Shown: piece after piece, positions 23,227 to 32,000 of the stretch
Numbering within the stretch: position 1 is the first letter of the stretch
Layout: the number at the start of each line of letters is the position of its first letter
From: Nitratidesulfovibrio vulgaris str. Hildenborough
GTDB lineage: Bacteria; Desulfobacterota; Desulfovibrionia; Desulfovibrionales; Desulfovibrionaceae
Assembly: GCF_000195755.1 (NCBI RefSeq)
Contig: NC_002937.3
Location: 750,001-782,000, forward strand
Reading direction: 5' to 3'
DNA: 32,000 nucleotides
Program-made: the position numbers and the translations under genes
Notes under the pieces: generated by a model
Told to the model about the DNA's origin: nothing
The model's database searches: none
Seen by the model: the letters and a program-made list of their open reading frames with translations, nothing else

Positions 23227-23795
23227 GCGTGCTCCGTGTCGGGAGTGAAGCTGAAGGGGGTGCGAAAGTCGCGGAAGGTGCCGTGCCGCTGGTCTTTGGC
23301 AGACAGGATGGGTGTCATGTCGGGCCATGTGATGCCGATGTCCGGGTCGTTCCACGGCAGCCCCTGTTCCAGTGCCGGGGCATAGTAGGCGTCGACCTTG
23401 TACATGACCTCCGTTCCCGGTTCGAGCGTCATGTAGCCATGGGCGAAGCCGCGTGGCACATAGATCCGCTGGAACGATGCGGCGGTGAGGGTGCAGCCGA
23501 ACCAGCGTCCGAAGGTGGGCGAGCCCTCGCGCAGGTCGACGGCGACATCATAGATGGAACCCTGGACGGCCCAGACGAGTTTTGCCTGCGTCATGGGAGG
23601 AAGCTGAAAATGCAGCCCGCGCAGGACACCCGCATCTTCCGAACGCGCGTGGTTGTCTTGCACGAAGCGCTGACCGTGCGTCAGGGTGTCGAAGAACGAC
23701 TCCCGGTAGGTCTCAAGAAAAAAGCCACGTTCGTCCCGGTGGGCCTGTGGCGTAAGCAGCCGTAACCCGGGAAGTCCGGTTTCTGTGATGTGCAT
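23223..23795 (-). CDS. rfbC: dTDP-4-dehydrorhamnose 3,5-epimerase family (RmlC cupin)
   Basis: LLTPQAHRDERGFFLETY..., VQDNHARS...GVLRGLHFQ and YVPRGFAHGY are characteristic RmlC motifs. AAGGA RBS. Confidence 0.93.
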   Translation of the reverse strand: MHITETGLPGLRLLTPQAHRDERGFFLETYRESFFDTLTHGQRFVQDNHARSEDAGVLRGLHFQLPPMTQAKLVWAVQGSIYDVAVDLREGSPTFGRWFGCTLTAASFQRIYVPRGFAHGYMTLEPGTEVMYKVDAYYAPALEQGLPWNDPDIGITWPDMTPILSAKDQRHGTFRDFRTPFSFTPDTEHA

Positions 23796-23971
23796 AGGAC
23801 ATCCTTCATGCGTTTTTCAGCACCCTAACCGAGGCGTCGCCTTTTTTGAAGAGGCGGGGTAGAATAAGAGTCTATTGCCGTGCTCAGACAGATGGGGTAG
23901 GTAGCTGATTGTTTGTATCTCCATAACATGATTTTCTTTATATATCAGTGAATACCGTGGGGGCGGGAGGA

Positions 23972-25650
23972 ATGGCGAGAGAGTTACACACTGACGGGGA
24001 AGGCGATACTGCGGCCCATGCGCGCATCGCTGCACTTGAGGCCGAGGTTGAGGCCTTGCGTGCACGGGAACGGACGTTGCGCGATATTCTTCTTTCCATT
24101 CCCGACATGATCACCGTGCACGACCGTAACGAGAGCATCGTGTTCAGCAACTGGAAGGGTGACGACCTCTACTGGGAGAACCTTGGCGGTGAACGGCACG
24201 GAAGTCGGTGCTACGGCTGCTACTTCAGGGGGGAGAAGCAGTGCGACGCCTGTCAGATTGCCGAAGTCTTCGATACGGGCGTGCAGAAGAGCATCGAGCT
24301 TTACAACCCCGAGATTCGGGCCTTCAGGTCCATCACGGTCTTCCCGGTACACAACGCCGCTGGTGAGGTCGTGATGGTGGCCGAGTATGTGCGGGACGTG
24401 ACCGCCACGCGGCGTATGGAACGCGAACTGCGCGTTGCCAAAGAGGCGGCAGAGGCCGCGGACAAGGCCAAGAGCGAGTTTCTCGCCTCCATGAGTCACG
24501 AGATACGCACCCCCATGAACGGAGTGCTCGGCATGCTCGACCTTGCGCTCGATACGCGCCTCGACGATGAGCAGCGCGATTATCTCGAGGCGGCACAGAA
24601 TTCGGCCGAATCGCTGCTCGCGCTCATCAACGACATCCTCGACTTCTCCAAGATCGAAGCCGGCATGGTGGAACTGGACAGTCAGGCCTTCAGGCTACGT
24701 AAACGCCTCTCCACCCTGCACACCATGTTCGTGCACCGGGCAGAGGAGAAGGGCCTCGCCTTCGGGTTCCGCATCGGTGAAGAGGTGCCGGACGGGCTGG
24801 TGGGCGACCCCATGCGGCTGCGACAGGTGCTGGTCAACCTGCTGGACAATGCCATCAAGTTCACCGAGCAGGGGCGGGTCTATCTGGACGTGCAGCTTGA
24901 TGCAGCCCAAGGCGCGCTTCCGGCCGAAGGCGAGCCGATACTCCTGCGTTTTTCGGTCACGGACAGCGGGCCGGGTATTCTGGAAAGCCATCGCGAGCAT
25001 ATCTTCGAACGCTTCGTGCAGGCCGATGGTTCGCTGTCGCGCAGGCATCGCGGCACGGGGCTGGGCCTTGCCATCTGCAAACGGCTGGCGACGCTCATGG
25101 GGGGGACATCACGGTGGAAAGTGCTCCGGGCAGCGGCAGCACGTTCACCTTCACGGCGTCGTTCGAACGCGCCTCCTTCGACGGTGCCGCTGACGACCGC
25201 AAACTGGCGCGTCAGCCGCAGAAGCCCGTGACCCCGGCGCGCATCCTCGTCGCCGAGGACCATCCCATGAACCTCATGTTCATCGAGAAGCTTCTTGCCA
25301 AGCAGGGCTACGAGGTACACACCGTCACCGATGGCACCGAAGTGCTGCCCGCGTTGCAACGCGAGCGGTTCGACCTTGTACTCATGGACATCGCCATGCC
25401 GGTCATGGACGGTATCGAAGCTACCCGTAGTGTGCGTCAGGCCGGGAACATGATCACGGACAAGAACGTGCCCATCATCGCCATGACAGCCCATGCCATG
25501 AAAGGCGACCGTGAACAGTTCCTTGCCGCAGGCATGGACGACTACATCGGCAAGCCCATCAATTCAGACAATCTCTGCAACATGCTGCTGAAGCACCTGC
25601 AGCGTGCGCGCAGGGCGGCGGAGTGCGCTTCGGCGTCATCTCCGGCTTGA
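23972..25650 (+). pseudogene. hybrid PAS sensor histidine kinase / response regulator, interrupted by a 1-nt frameshift in a G7 run
   Basis: ORF 23948..25231 carries a coiled coil, a Cys-rich PAS domain, the H-box [13 protein letters not shown] and GTGLGLAICKRLATLMGG, then runs into nonsense. ORF 25114..25650 in the -1 frame continues with (DIT)VESAPGSGSTFTFT and a complete REC domain (ILVAEDH...LVLMDIAMP...K). The join is at GGGGGGG, 25099..25105. The start is uncertain (GTG at 23948 or ATG at 23972). Confidence 0.8.
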
Positions 25651-25706
25651 CCGGGAGCGCGCCAGAGGGCATAACGCCCCGGACATGCCCCTGCGGGGGC
25701 AGATGC

Positions 25707-25798
25707 GGAAGGGTGGCAGAGTCCGGTTTATTGCGGCGGTCTTGAAAACCGTTGTGGGGGGAACCCCACCGGGGGTTCGAATCCCTCCCCTTCCGCCA
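25707..25798 (+). tRNA. tRNA-Ser (anticodon UGA), CCA encoded
   Basis: Cloverleaf by hand: acceptor GGAAGGG/CCCTTCC; D arm GCAG..TTGC with a GG loop; anticodon stem GCGGT/ACCGT with loop CT-TGA-AA; long variable arm (TGTGGGGGGAACCCCACCG); T arm GGGGG-TTCGAAT-CCCTC; discriminator G plus CCA. 92 nt. Confidence 0.95.
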
Positions 25799-25816
25799 GA
25801 ACGATGTTTACAGAGT

Positions 25817-25857
25817 GCCCGCAAGTGCCAAAAAGCGCTTGCGGGCCTTATGTTTAT
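25817..25857 (+). terminator. terminator after tRNA-Ser
   Basis: GCCCGCAAG-(12-nt loop)-CTTGCGGGC followed by the T-rich CTTATGTTTATG. Confidence 0.6.
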
Positions 25858-25876
25858 GCGTGTTTCGAGTGGCGGG

Positions 25877-25944
25877 GAGTGACAGCGAGTGACAGCAAAT
25901 CGCGTTGACAGCCGGGGCAACTGGGGGGCAACTTTGGGGGCAAC
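25877..25944. repeat. cluster of short direct repeats (iteron-like)
   Basis: GAGTGACAGC twice in tandem (25877..25896), a third TGACAGC at 25906..25912, then GGGGCAAC three times (25914..25921, 25925..25932, 25937..25944) at 11-12 nt spacing. Confidence 0.7.
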
Positions 25945-26009
25945 GAAGCGCAGCTTGCAGGCCGTGCCCCATCTTCCGCAAGTCATCGTTCTGCCATCGT
26001 AACGAAGCG

Positions 26010-26040
26010 AACCCGCAACTGCCTGCGACAATTGCGGGTT
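26010..26040 (-). terminator. possible terminator of the chemoreceptor gene
   Basis: 9-bp stem AACCCGCAA/TTGCGGGTT with a 13-nt loop, 23 nt after the stop at 26063. The U tract on the minus strand is weak (CGCUUCGUU). Confidence 0.4.
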
Positions 26041-26062
26041 CCTTTCTGATTCCGGTGCCAGC

Positions 26063-28519
26063 CTACTGCTGCCCCACCTGCACCATCTCCCGGATGACCT
26101 CGCGCAGTTCCTGTGCAAGGCGGCTCAGTTCCGTGACCGCTTCGGCGGACTGCGCCATGGCCTGTGCCGTCTCGGAGGCGATGGCACTTATCTCGTCACT
26201 GGCCCTGTTGATCTCTTCGCTGGCGGCGGACTGCTGTTCGGCCGCTGTGGCGATGTTCCGAACCTGGTCGGCAGTCGTCTCGACGATGCTGACGATGGTG
26301 CCGAGCGCCTTGCCCGCCTCTCCGGCAAGCCGCGTACTCTCGCCCACTGCCTCGGCCGCCTTGTCCATCTCCTGAATGTTTCCCCGTGCGCCGGACTGGA
26401 TGGCGTGTACGGCCTCGCCCACCTCCCGGGTGGCGTTCATGGTCTTTTCGGCAAGCTTGCGCACCTCGTCTGCGACAACGGCGAACCCTCGTCCCGCCTC
26501 GCCCGCACGGGCCGCTTCGATGGCGGCGTTGAGGGCCAGCAGGTTCGTCTGGTCGGCGATGTCGTTGATGACCACCATCACCTGACCGATGGCGTCGGCT
26601 TGCACGCCAAGGGTCTCAAGACTGTGCTTGAGGGTCTCGGAGCGTTCTCGCACCGTGCCGATGGCATCGACGACCCGCTGCACCACCTCTTCACCGGAAC
26701 GCGCCTGCCTGATGGCGGTGTCTGCCTGTTCCGCCGCAAGTGAGGCGTTGCGCGCCACCTCCATGGTCGTGGCGTTCATCTCCTCGATGGCGGTGGCACT
26801 CTCCGTGGTGCGTTCGCGCTGGATGTCGGACCCTCGCGCCGACTCTTCGACCTGCGAGGCTATCTCCGTCGCGGCCGATGACACCTGCTGCGAGATGGAG
26901 TCCGCGTGGTCAGCGGCCTTGGAGATGGCTTCGTTGGTGCGGCGTATGGCCTCCTCCTGCCGCTTGAGGTCGGTGAGGTCGAGGAAGAGGACGATGGCGC
27001 CGATGGCGTTGCCGTCGCGGTCATGGAGAGGGGCTGCCGTCAGCCGTGCCGTGCGCAGGTCTCCCTTCTTGGTTCGCAGGTTCTCTTCGGTCTGGGTCTC
27101 CTTGCCGTGCGAGATGGCGAGGGCAGAGCATGTCGGGCATTCATCTCCGAAAAGCTCTTCGGCCTTGCGTCCCTTCGACCAGTATTCGACCGGCCTGGGT
27201 TCGGCCATGTAGGTGATGAGATGGTCGTTGACGAAGGTGATGTCACCCTGCCTGTCGGTGGTCACCACGGGAATGGGAATGGCCCGCAGCACCCCTGTGG
27301 CGAAGCCGAGGCGTTCTTTCAGTTCTGTCACCATGCGGCGGATGGCTTCGGCGAGTTCGAGGAGTTCCCCCCTGAAGTCCCCGGCGAGTTGTGCGTCGAG
27401 GTCACCGCTGGCGATGTTGGCGGCAAAGTCGCGGATGGACGCCACGGGTCGCGTGACCGAACGCGCCACCAGCCACGCCACCCCGAGCATGACAAGGGCC
27501 ACAAGCAACGCCCCGCCCGAGAGGGCAAGGTTCAGGGTACGCACCGGCTGGTGGACTTCGGCTTCATCGATTTCGGCGATGAGTGCCCAAGTCGTGTCAC
27601 CGACCTTGAGCGGCGCGTAGACCGAAAGCACAGGGTTGCCGTTGTAGTCGTTGATGATGCGCGCGCCCGACGTGCCCGTCAGTGCGTCGCGGCTGGCTTC
27701 GGTGTCGACGCCGTTGCGTTCCACCGTTCCCGCGAACGAGGCGTTGACGGTGCGTCCCTTGGAATCGAGGAATGAATCTGACCTCATGCGCTTGTCGGGG
27801 CCGACGAGGTAGGTCTCTCCGGATGTGCCCATGCCGGAACGTTCCTGCATGATGGCGTTGATTTGCTCGTTGGAAATCTGGAGGACGACGACGCCTGCGA
27901 CCGTCCCGTCGAAGGTGACAGGGGCTCCGGCGAACATGGCGGGAGCCCCCTGGGAGGGCTCGTAGGGCTTCATGTCCGACATGGCGGGCTGACCGGTCTG
28001 CATCACTCGTCGCCATACGTCGCGCAAGGGAGTGTCGATGCTTCCGGCTGCGGACGCGAAGTCGTTCTCCTTGGCCACGGAATAGACCACGTCACCCTTG
28101 GTGGCATCCAGCAGCAGGTCGTAGAAGCCTGTGGTCGATACGAAGTCGGCAAAGCCCTTGTGCAGCCTGTCATGTACGGCTTTGTACACTGGCGGGGCAT
28201 CGAACCTGCCGTTGGCGTATCCCTTGAAACCGCCCCCCACACCGCCCGCAGCATTGAATGTCGTCGCAAGGTCTCGAAACGCAGGGCCCAGCCAGGGCGA
28301 ACGGGCAGCGGTCAGGACGAACTGCTGACGTTCTTCGAAGAAGAGTCGCATCTGGTTGCCCTTGATGGTGCGGATGGCCGTGAGGCTGTCGTAGGCTTGC
28401 CGCATCAGCGCATCACTGCTCAATGTGGCGGCCCACAGACCGATGACGATGACGGGCGCGAGGCCAGCCAGCAGGAACAGGACGAGAAGCCTGTTACGCA
28501 TGGAATCGAGAAGGTGCAT
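26063..28519 (-). CDS. methyl-accepting chemotaxis protein (double-Cache sensor, HAMP, PAS, MA domain)
   Basis: N-terminal TM segment, a roughly 300-aa periplasmic Cache-like region, a second TM segment, HAMP, PAS (with CPTC), and the signalling domain with the highly conserved [40 protein letters not shown] at 28519 with GGAGG 6 nt upstream. Confidence 0.95.
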   Translation of the reverse strand: MHLLDSMRNRLLVLFLLAGLAPVIVIGLWAATLSSDALMRQAYDSLTAIRTIKGNQMRLFFEERQQFVLTAARSPWLGPAFRDLATTFNAAGGVGGGFKGYANGRFDAPPVYKAVHDRLHKGFADFVSTTGFYDLLLDATKGDVVYSVAKENDFASAAGSIDTPLRDVWRRVMQTGQPAMSDMKPYEPSQGAPAMFAGAPVTFDGTVAGVVVLQISNEQINAIMQERSGMGTSGETYLVGPDKRMRSDSFLDSKGRTVNASFAGTVERNGVDTEASRDALTGTSGARIINDYNGNPVLSVYAPLKVGDTTWALIAEIDEAEVHQPVRTLNLALSGGALLVALVMLGVAWLVARSVTRPVASIRDFAANIASGDLDAQLAGDFRGELLELAEAIRRMVTELKERLGFATGVLRAIPIPVVTTDRQGDITFVNDHLITYMAEPRPVEYWSKGRKAEELFGDECPTCSALAISHGKETQTEENLRTKKGDLRTARLTAAPLHDRDGNAIGAIVLFLDLTDLKRQEEAIRRTNEAISKAADHADSISQQVSSAATEIASQVEESARGSDIQRERTTESATAIEEMNATTMEVARNASLAAEQADTAIRQARSGEEVVQRVVDAIGTVRERSETLKHSLETLGVQADAIGQVMVVINDIADQTNLLALNAAIEAARAGEAGRGFAVVADEVRKLAEKTMNATREVGEAVHAIQSGARGNIQEMDKAAEAVGESTRLAGEAGKALGTIVSIVETTADQVRNIATAAEQQSAASEEINRASDEISAIASETAQAMAQSAEAVTELSRLAQELREVIREMVQVGQQ

Positions 28520-28760
28520 GACATACCTCCGGCGTCGGGGCGCATACAGGTGAGGATACTCCAGCCCGGAAAGCGGTGGACATGATATTGTTGTACAATC
28601 ATTTCATGACACTTCGGCAACATAGGGGCCGGATGGGGCGCGTGGCGCACGGGGTGGTGTTCCGGAGGGGTTTTGGCGTAAGGTGGCGGACAGGAATGGC
28701 GAGGTCGCGCGACCTGCCCGCTCTTCATCAATCGAAGGAGCCTACCAAGCGGAGAAGACC

Positions 28761-30950
28761 ATGACCGGACGCATACGTGAAGGCGGCCTCGCTGTGGCCG
28801 AACCCCTGCACCGTTGTATCGAACGCGAGATTCTGCCGGGCACCGGCATCTCCCCCTCCATCTTCTGGGCGGGGCTGGAAGAGCTTGTCGGCACCCTCGG
28901 CCCCCGTAACCGCGAATTGCTGGCCCGACGGGACAACATGCAGGCGGCGATAGACGCATGGCACAAGGAGCATCAGGGGCGGCCGCACGATGCCGCAGCC
29001 TACAGGCGTTTTCTCGAAGACATCCGTTATCTGCTTCCCGCACCGCAGGACCTCGCGGTTGAAACGCAGGGGGTCGACCCCGAAGTGGCGACCATCGCCG
29101 GGCCGCAACTTGTCGTGCCCGTGACCAACCCCCGCTATGCCCTCAATGCCGTCAACGCCCGCTGGGGCAGCCTCTACGACGCCCTGTACGGCAGCGACGT
29201 GATTGCCGACAGCGACGGGGCTGCACGTGGCGCTGCCTACAATCCCCTGCGGGGCGCGAAGGTGGTGGCGTATGCCGCCGCGTTCCTCGACAGGACATTC
29301 CCGTTGGCCGGGGCGAGGCATGCCGACGTGGTGCGCTACGAGTTGACCGGGCCACCGGTGGGTCGCAAGCTGTCGGCCCTCTGTGCCGACGGTACGGTGA
29401 CGGGCCTGCTGCATCCTGATGCGTTCGCCGGCTATACGGGGGGAGAGCGCCCGACGACGGTGCTGCTGCGCAACAACGGGCTGCATGTCGAATTGCAGTT
29501 CGACCGCAGGCACCCGGTGGGGGCTGCCCACCCTGCGGGACTCAAGGATGTGGTGCTCGAGTCGGCGGTGACCACCATCCTCGATTGCGAGGATTCCGTG
29601 GCCACCGTCGATGCCGAAGACAAGGCCCTCGCCTATCGCAACCTGCTTGGACTGTTCCGGGGCGACCTTGAGACCTCGTTCGACAAGGGCGGGCGCAGCG
29701 TCTTCAGGCGTCTGGCAGCAGACAGGACGTACACCGCACCGGGCGGGGCAGCGTATGCCCTGCCGGGGCGCAGCCTGATGCTGGTGCGTAACGTGGGGCT
29801 GCTCATGACCACCGACGCCGTGCTCGACGCGGCAGGGCAGGAGATTCCTGAAGGCATCCTAGACGGGCTCGTCACCGCCTGCATCGGGCTGCACGACCTG
29901 CGCGGTGCGGGGCGTCATCGCAACAGCGGAGCCGGCAGCGTGTACATCGTCAAACCCAAGCTGCATGGCCCCGAAGAGGTGGCGTTCGTCTGCGAGCAGT
30001 TCAGACGCATCGAAGACATCCTCGGCATGGCGCGCAATACCCTCAAGATGGGGGTGATGGACGAGGAACGGCGAACCACGCTCAATCTTGCGGAGTGCAT
30101 ACGGGTGGCTTCGCAGCGTATCATCTTCATCAATACTGGCTTCCTCGACCGTACGGGCGACGAGATACACACCTGCATGGAGGCGGGGCCCGTCGTGCGC
30201 AAGAACGACATGAAGGCCCAGCGCTGGATGCTCGCCTATGAGGACTGGAACGTGGACACCGGGCTTGCCGCCGGTTTCGGCGGAAAGGCCCAGATAGGCA
30301 AGGGCATGTGGCCCAAGCCCGACAGGCTGGCGGAGATGGTCGCCACCAAGGGGGCGCACCCGCGTGCCGGGGCCAACTGCGCGTGGGTTCCCTCTCCAAC
30401 GGCGGCGACGCTGCACGCCCTGCACTACCATGAGGTGGATGTCTTCGCGCGTCAGCGCGAACTTGCCGGATGTCACCGGGCGTCGCTGGACGACCTTTTG
30501 GCATTGCCGCTCATGGGTGAGGCGCGTCCCTCGCCCGCTGAAGTGCGCGAAGAACTGGAGAACAACGCCCAGAGCATCCTCGGCTACGTGGTACGGTGGG
30601 TCGAGATGGGGATAGGCTGCTCGAAAGTGCCCGATATCCATGACGTGGGTCTCATGGAAGACAGGGCCACCCTGCGTATCTCCAGCCAGCACATCGCCAA
30701 CTGGTTGCGCCATGGCATCTGCACGGAGGACGAGGTGCGTGACGTCATGCTACGGATGGCGACCGTGGTCGACAGGCAGAACAAGGATGAACCGGGCTAC
30801 CGGCCCATGTCTGCCGACCCCGGTTCCAGCGTGGCGTTCAGGGCGGCATGCGACCTCGTGTTCGAGGGGGCGCGCCAGCCCAACGGGTATACCGAACCCA
30901 TCCTCCATGCCCGCAGGCGCGAGGTGAAGGCGCGTAGTCTCACCCGGTAG
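28761..30950 (+). CDS. glcB: malate synthase G
   Basis: MSG-type motifs [32 protein letters not shown] and [19 protein letters not shown] at 28761 with GGAGAA upstream. The ORF-track GTG at 28683 adds an unsupported 26 aa. Confidence 0.95.
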   Translation: MTGRIREGGLAVAEPLHRCIEREILPGTGISPSIFWAGLEELVGTLGPRNRELLARRDNMQAAIDAWHKEHQGRPHDAAAYRRFLEDIRYLLPAPQDLAVETQGVDPEVATIAGPQLVVPVTNPRYALNAVNARWGSLYDALYGSDVIADSDGAARGAAYNPLRGAKVVAYAAAFLDRTFPLAGARHADVVRYELTGPPVGRKLSALCADGTVTGLLHPDAFAGYTGGERPTTVLLRNNGLHVELQFDRRHPVGAAHPAGLKDVVLESAVTTILDCEDSVATVDAEDKALAYRNLLGLFRGDLETSFDKGGRSVFRRLAADRTYTAPGGAAYALPGRSLMLVRNVGLLMTTDAVLDAAGQEIPEGILDGLVTACIGLHDLRGAGRHRNSGAGSVYIVKPKLHGPEEVAFVCEQFRRIEDILGMARNTLKMGVMDEERRTTLNLAECIRVASQRIIFINTGFLDRTGDEIHTCMEAGPVVRKNDMKAQRWMLAYEDWNVDTGLAAGFGGKAQIGKGMWPKPDRLAEMVATKGAHPRAGANCAWVPSPTAATLHALHYHEVDVFARQRELAGCHRASLDDLLALPLMGEARPSPAEVREELENNAQSILGYVVRWVEMGIGCSKVPDIHDVGLMEDRATLRISSQHIANWLRHGICTEDEVRDVMLRMATVVDRQNKDEPGYRPMSADPGSSVAFRAACDLVFEGARQPNGYTEPILHARRREVKARSLTR

Positions 30951-31100
30951 CGACGTGCGGAAGGCCTCAAGGCGTGATGCTGGCGGGGGGCTTCTCCTGT
31001 GAGGTCGCGCGTCCCCGTGTTGCATTCGCGCAGGCGCCAGCACGATGACAGCCGGTCTTCTGCCCGGTGTGCACCAAGATGCGGCGCATGTTCCATGAAG

Positions 31101-31130
31101 GGCGGACTCTCGTTCTGGCGAGAGTCCGCC
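31101..31130. other. perfect 12-bp stem / 6-nt loop hairpin in long non-coding spacer
   Basis: GGCGGACTCTCG-ttctgg-CGAGAGTCCGCC, about 150 nt after the glcB stop. There is no clear U tract, so a terminator role is uncertain. Confidence 0.4.
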
Positions 31131-31565
31131 TTCAGGTCGCTGATAAGGCAGGCAGACAGCGTGAAGCTGGAACTCGTGATCGTGGCTGCTGCAAGTGAAT
31201 CTGCTCGTATCTCTTGTTCCGGCGTACAGGTGCAGGACATTGCGCAACCCCCGCACGGCGTTTTTCTTTCGTGCGCTGATGCGGGTACTCGCTGCATCGG
31301 AAGCGTGTCTTGTTGTCGCCAGTAGCCCTGTGATAGGCTGGCGTTCCTGATGTGGCGCATGTTCGTCTGTGTGCATCTCACATTGGAGCTGCCCAAGGGT
31401 GCGGCGAGCAAAATCTTCAGTGTTGCATCTTTTCGGGAATGTTCGTGCATGAATACGACACAGACGAGGTCTGTCACCGTTGACCGTGGTGCAGCTATGA
31501 GGCTATCTGGACTTCTCTGGTGGAGTTGCATGTCTCGCTGGATGGTTCCGTAATCTGGGGGCGCT

Positions 31566-32000
31566 ATGACTGTTTTCCGAAACGTTGTCTTGAGCACGTT
31601 TTTCTTGGTCTTTTCATGTGCGTATGCCGATGCCGCCCGCTATGTGGGCACGGCAGCGTGCAAGGACTGCCATGAAGGCGAGTACGAGCGTTTCGTCAAG
31701 CATTCCAAGAAGGCCGGTTCGTGGCACAGTGTGGAACGCATGGCCTCCAAGCTGACGGCGGAGGAACTTGCCGGGTGTTATGCCTGCCATACGACAGGCT
31801 ACGGCAAGGGCGGTTTCGTCAACCATGAGGCCACGCCGCACCTTGCCGATGTGGGATGTGAGTCCTGTCATGGGCCGGGGGGCGACCACGTGGCAAACGG
31901 CGATGCCGCATCCATCGGCAAGCCCGACATGAAGACCTGCGAAGGGTGCCATGATGCAAGCCGCGTCCGGTCGTTCGGCTACAAGCCCCTGTTGCATAGC
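31566..32000 (+). CDS. periplasmic multihaem cytochrome c (partial, runs off the right edge)
   Basis: Absent from the ORF track because it has no stop. The ATG at 31566 gives the signal peptide MTVFRNVVLSTFFLVFSCAYA/DAA, then CKDCH, CYACH, CESCH and CEGCH within 145 aa. The frame stays open to position 32000. Confidence 0.85.
   Translation, partial: MTVFRNVVLSTFFLVFSCAYADAARYVGTAACKDCHEGEYERFVKHSKKAGSWHSVERMASKLTAEELAGCYACHTTGYGKGGFVNHEATPHLADVGCESCHGPGGDHVANGDAASIGKPDMKTCEGCHDASRVRSFGYKPLLHS

Noticed and set aside
21925-23385. 486-aa ORF on the + strand
   Set aside because: It lies antisense to manC and rfbC, both of which have strong family motifs.
25106-25142. A downstream stimulatory structure for programmed -1 frameshifting at the G7 run
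   Set aside because: The only hairpin I can draw (25121..25142) is weak, bulged and begins 15 nt after the slip site. That is further than classic frameshift stimulators, so programmed frameshifting is not supported beyond the slippery run itself.
25914-25944. GGGGCAAC repeats considered as a CRISPR or other array
   Set aside because: The units are only 8 nt with 3-4 nt spacers and there are only three copies, so this is not a CRISPR. It is kept only as an iteron-like repeat.
25604-26118. ORFs 25604..25882 (+) and 25636..26118 (-)
   Set aside because: Both overlap the tRNA-Ser gene and its terminator, so they are not protein coding.
28575-28610. AT-rich imperfect palindrome around TTGTACAA in the chemoreceptor/glcB divergent region
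   Set aside because: The symmetry is imperfect and the region is simply the AT-rich divergent promoter zone. There is not enough evidence to call a specific operator.
30750-31597. ORFs 30750..31376 (-), 30797..31597 (-), 30999..31325 (+) and 31350..31553 (+)
   Set aside because: They overlap the glcB 3' end or each other, have odd composition, and lack an RBS or any recognisable motif. I treat this as non-coding spacer (see the finding for 30951..31565).

Overview
GC-rich, densely coding chromosomal segment. The gene content points to a Desulfovibrio-like sulfate reducer: the qrcABCD quinone-reductase complex, a tungsten-type aldehyde:ferredoxin oxidoreductase, many PAS/His-kinase/sigma54 signalling genes, and Tat and multihaem redox proteins. 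It looks like core genome rather than a mobile island; I saw no transposase, integrase, CRISPR array or phage structural genes. Gene order from left to right: a partial lipoprotein gene (-); a three-gene phosphorelay operon of hybrid kinase, PAS kinase and NtrC-type sigma54 activator (-); an orphan CI/S24-type repressor (-); hflKC (-); phosphomannomutase, polyferredoxin plus aor, a small membrane protein and rnhA (+); a PilZ protein and a Gate-domain membrane protein (+); qrcDCBA (-); manC-rfbC (-); a hybrid His kinase interrupted by a 1-nt frameshift in a G7 run (+); tRNA-Ser(UGA) (+); a dCache/PAS chemoreceptor (-); malate synthase G (+); and a partial multihaem cytochrome c (+). The most interesting signal not explained by genes lies between the sigma54 activator gene and the lipoprotein gene. 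There a near-consensus sigma54 promoter is preceded by three tandem GTGCG-N4-CGCAC palindromes and followed about 150 nt later by a strong intrinsic terminator. The enclosed non-coding RNA folds by eye into three hairpins, each displaying a C7-C8 loop. I read this as a candidate sRNA with anti-Shine-Dalgarno-like loops, controlled by the two-component system and sigma54. Many long ORFs in the track are antisense shadows of real genes in GC-rich DNA and were rejected. Several real genes appear to start downstream of the longest-ORF start. Everything here is from reading the sequence by eye; no database search or folding program was run.
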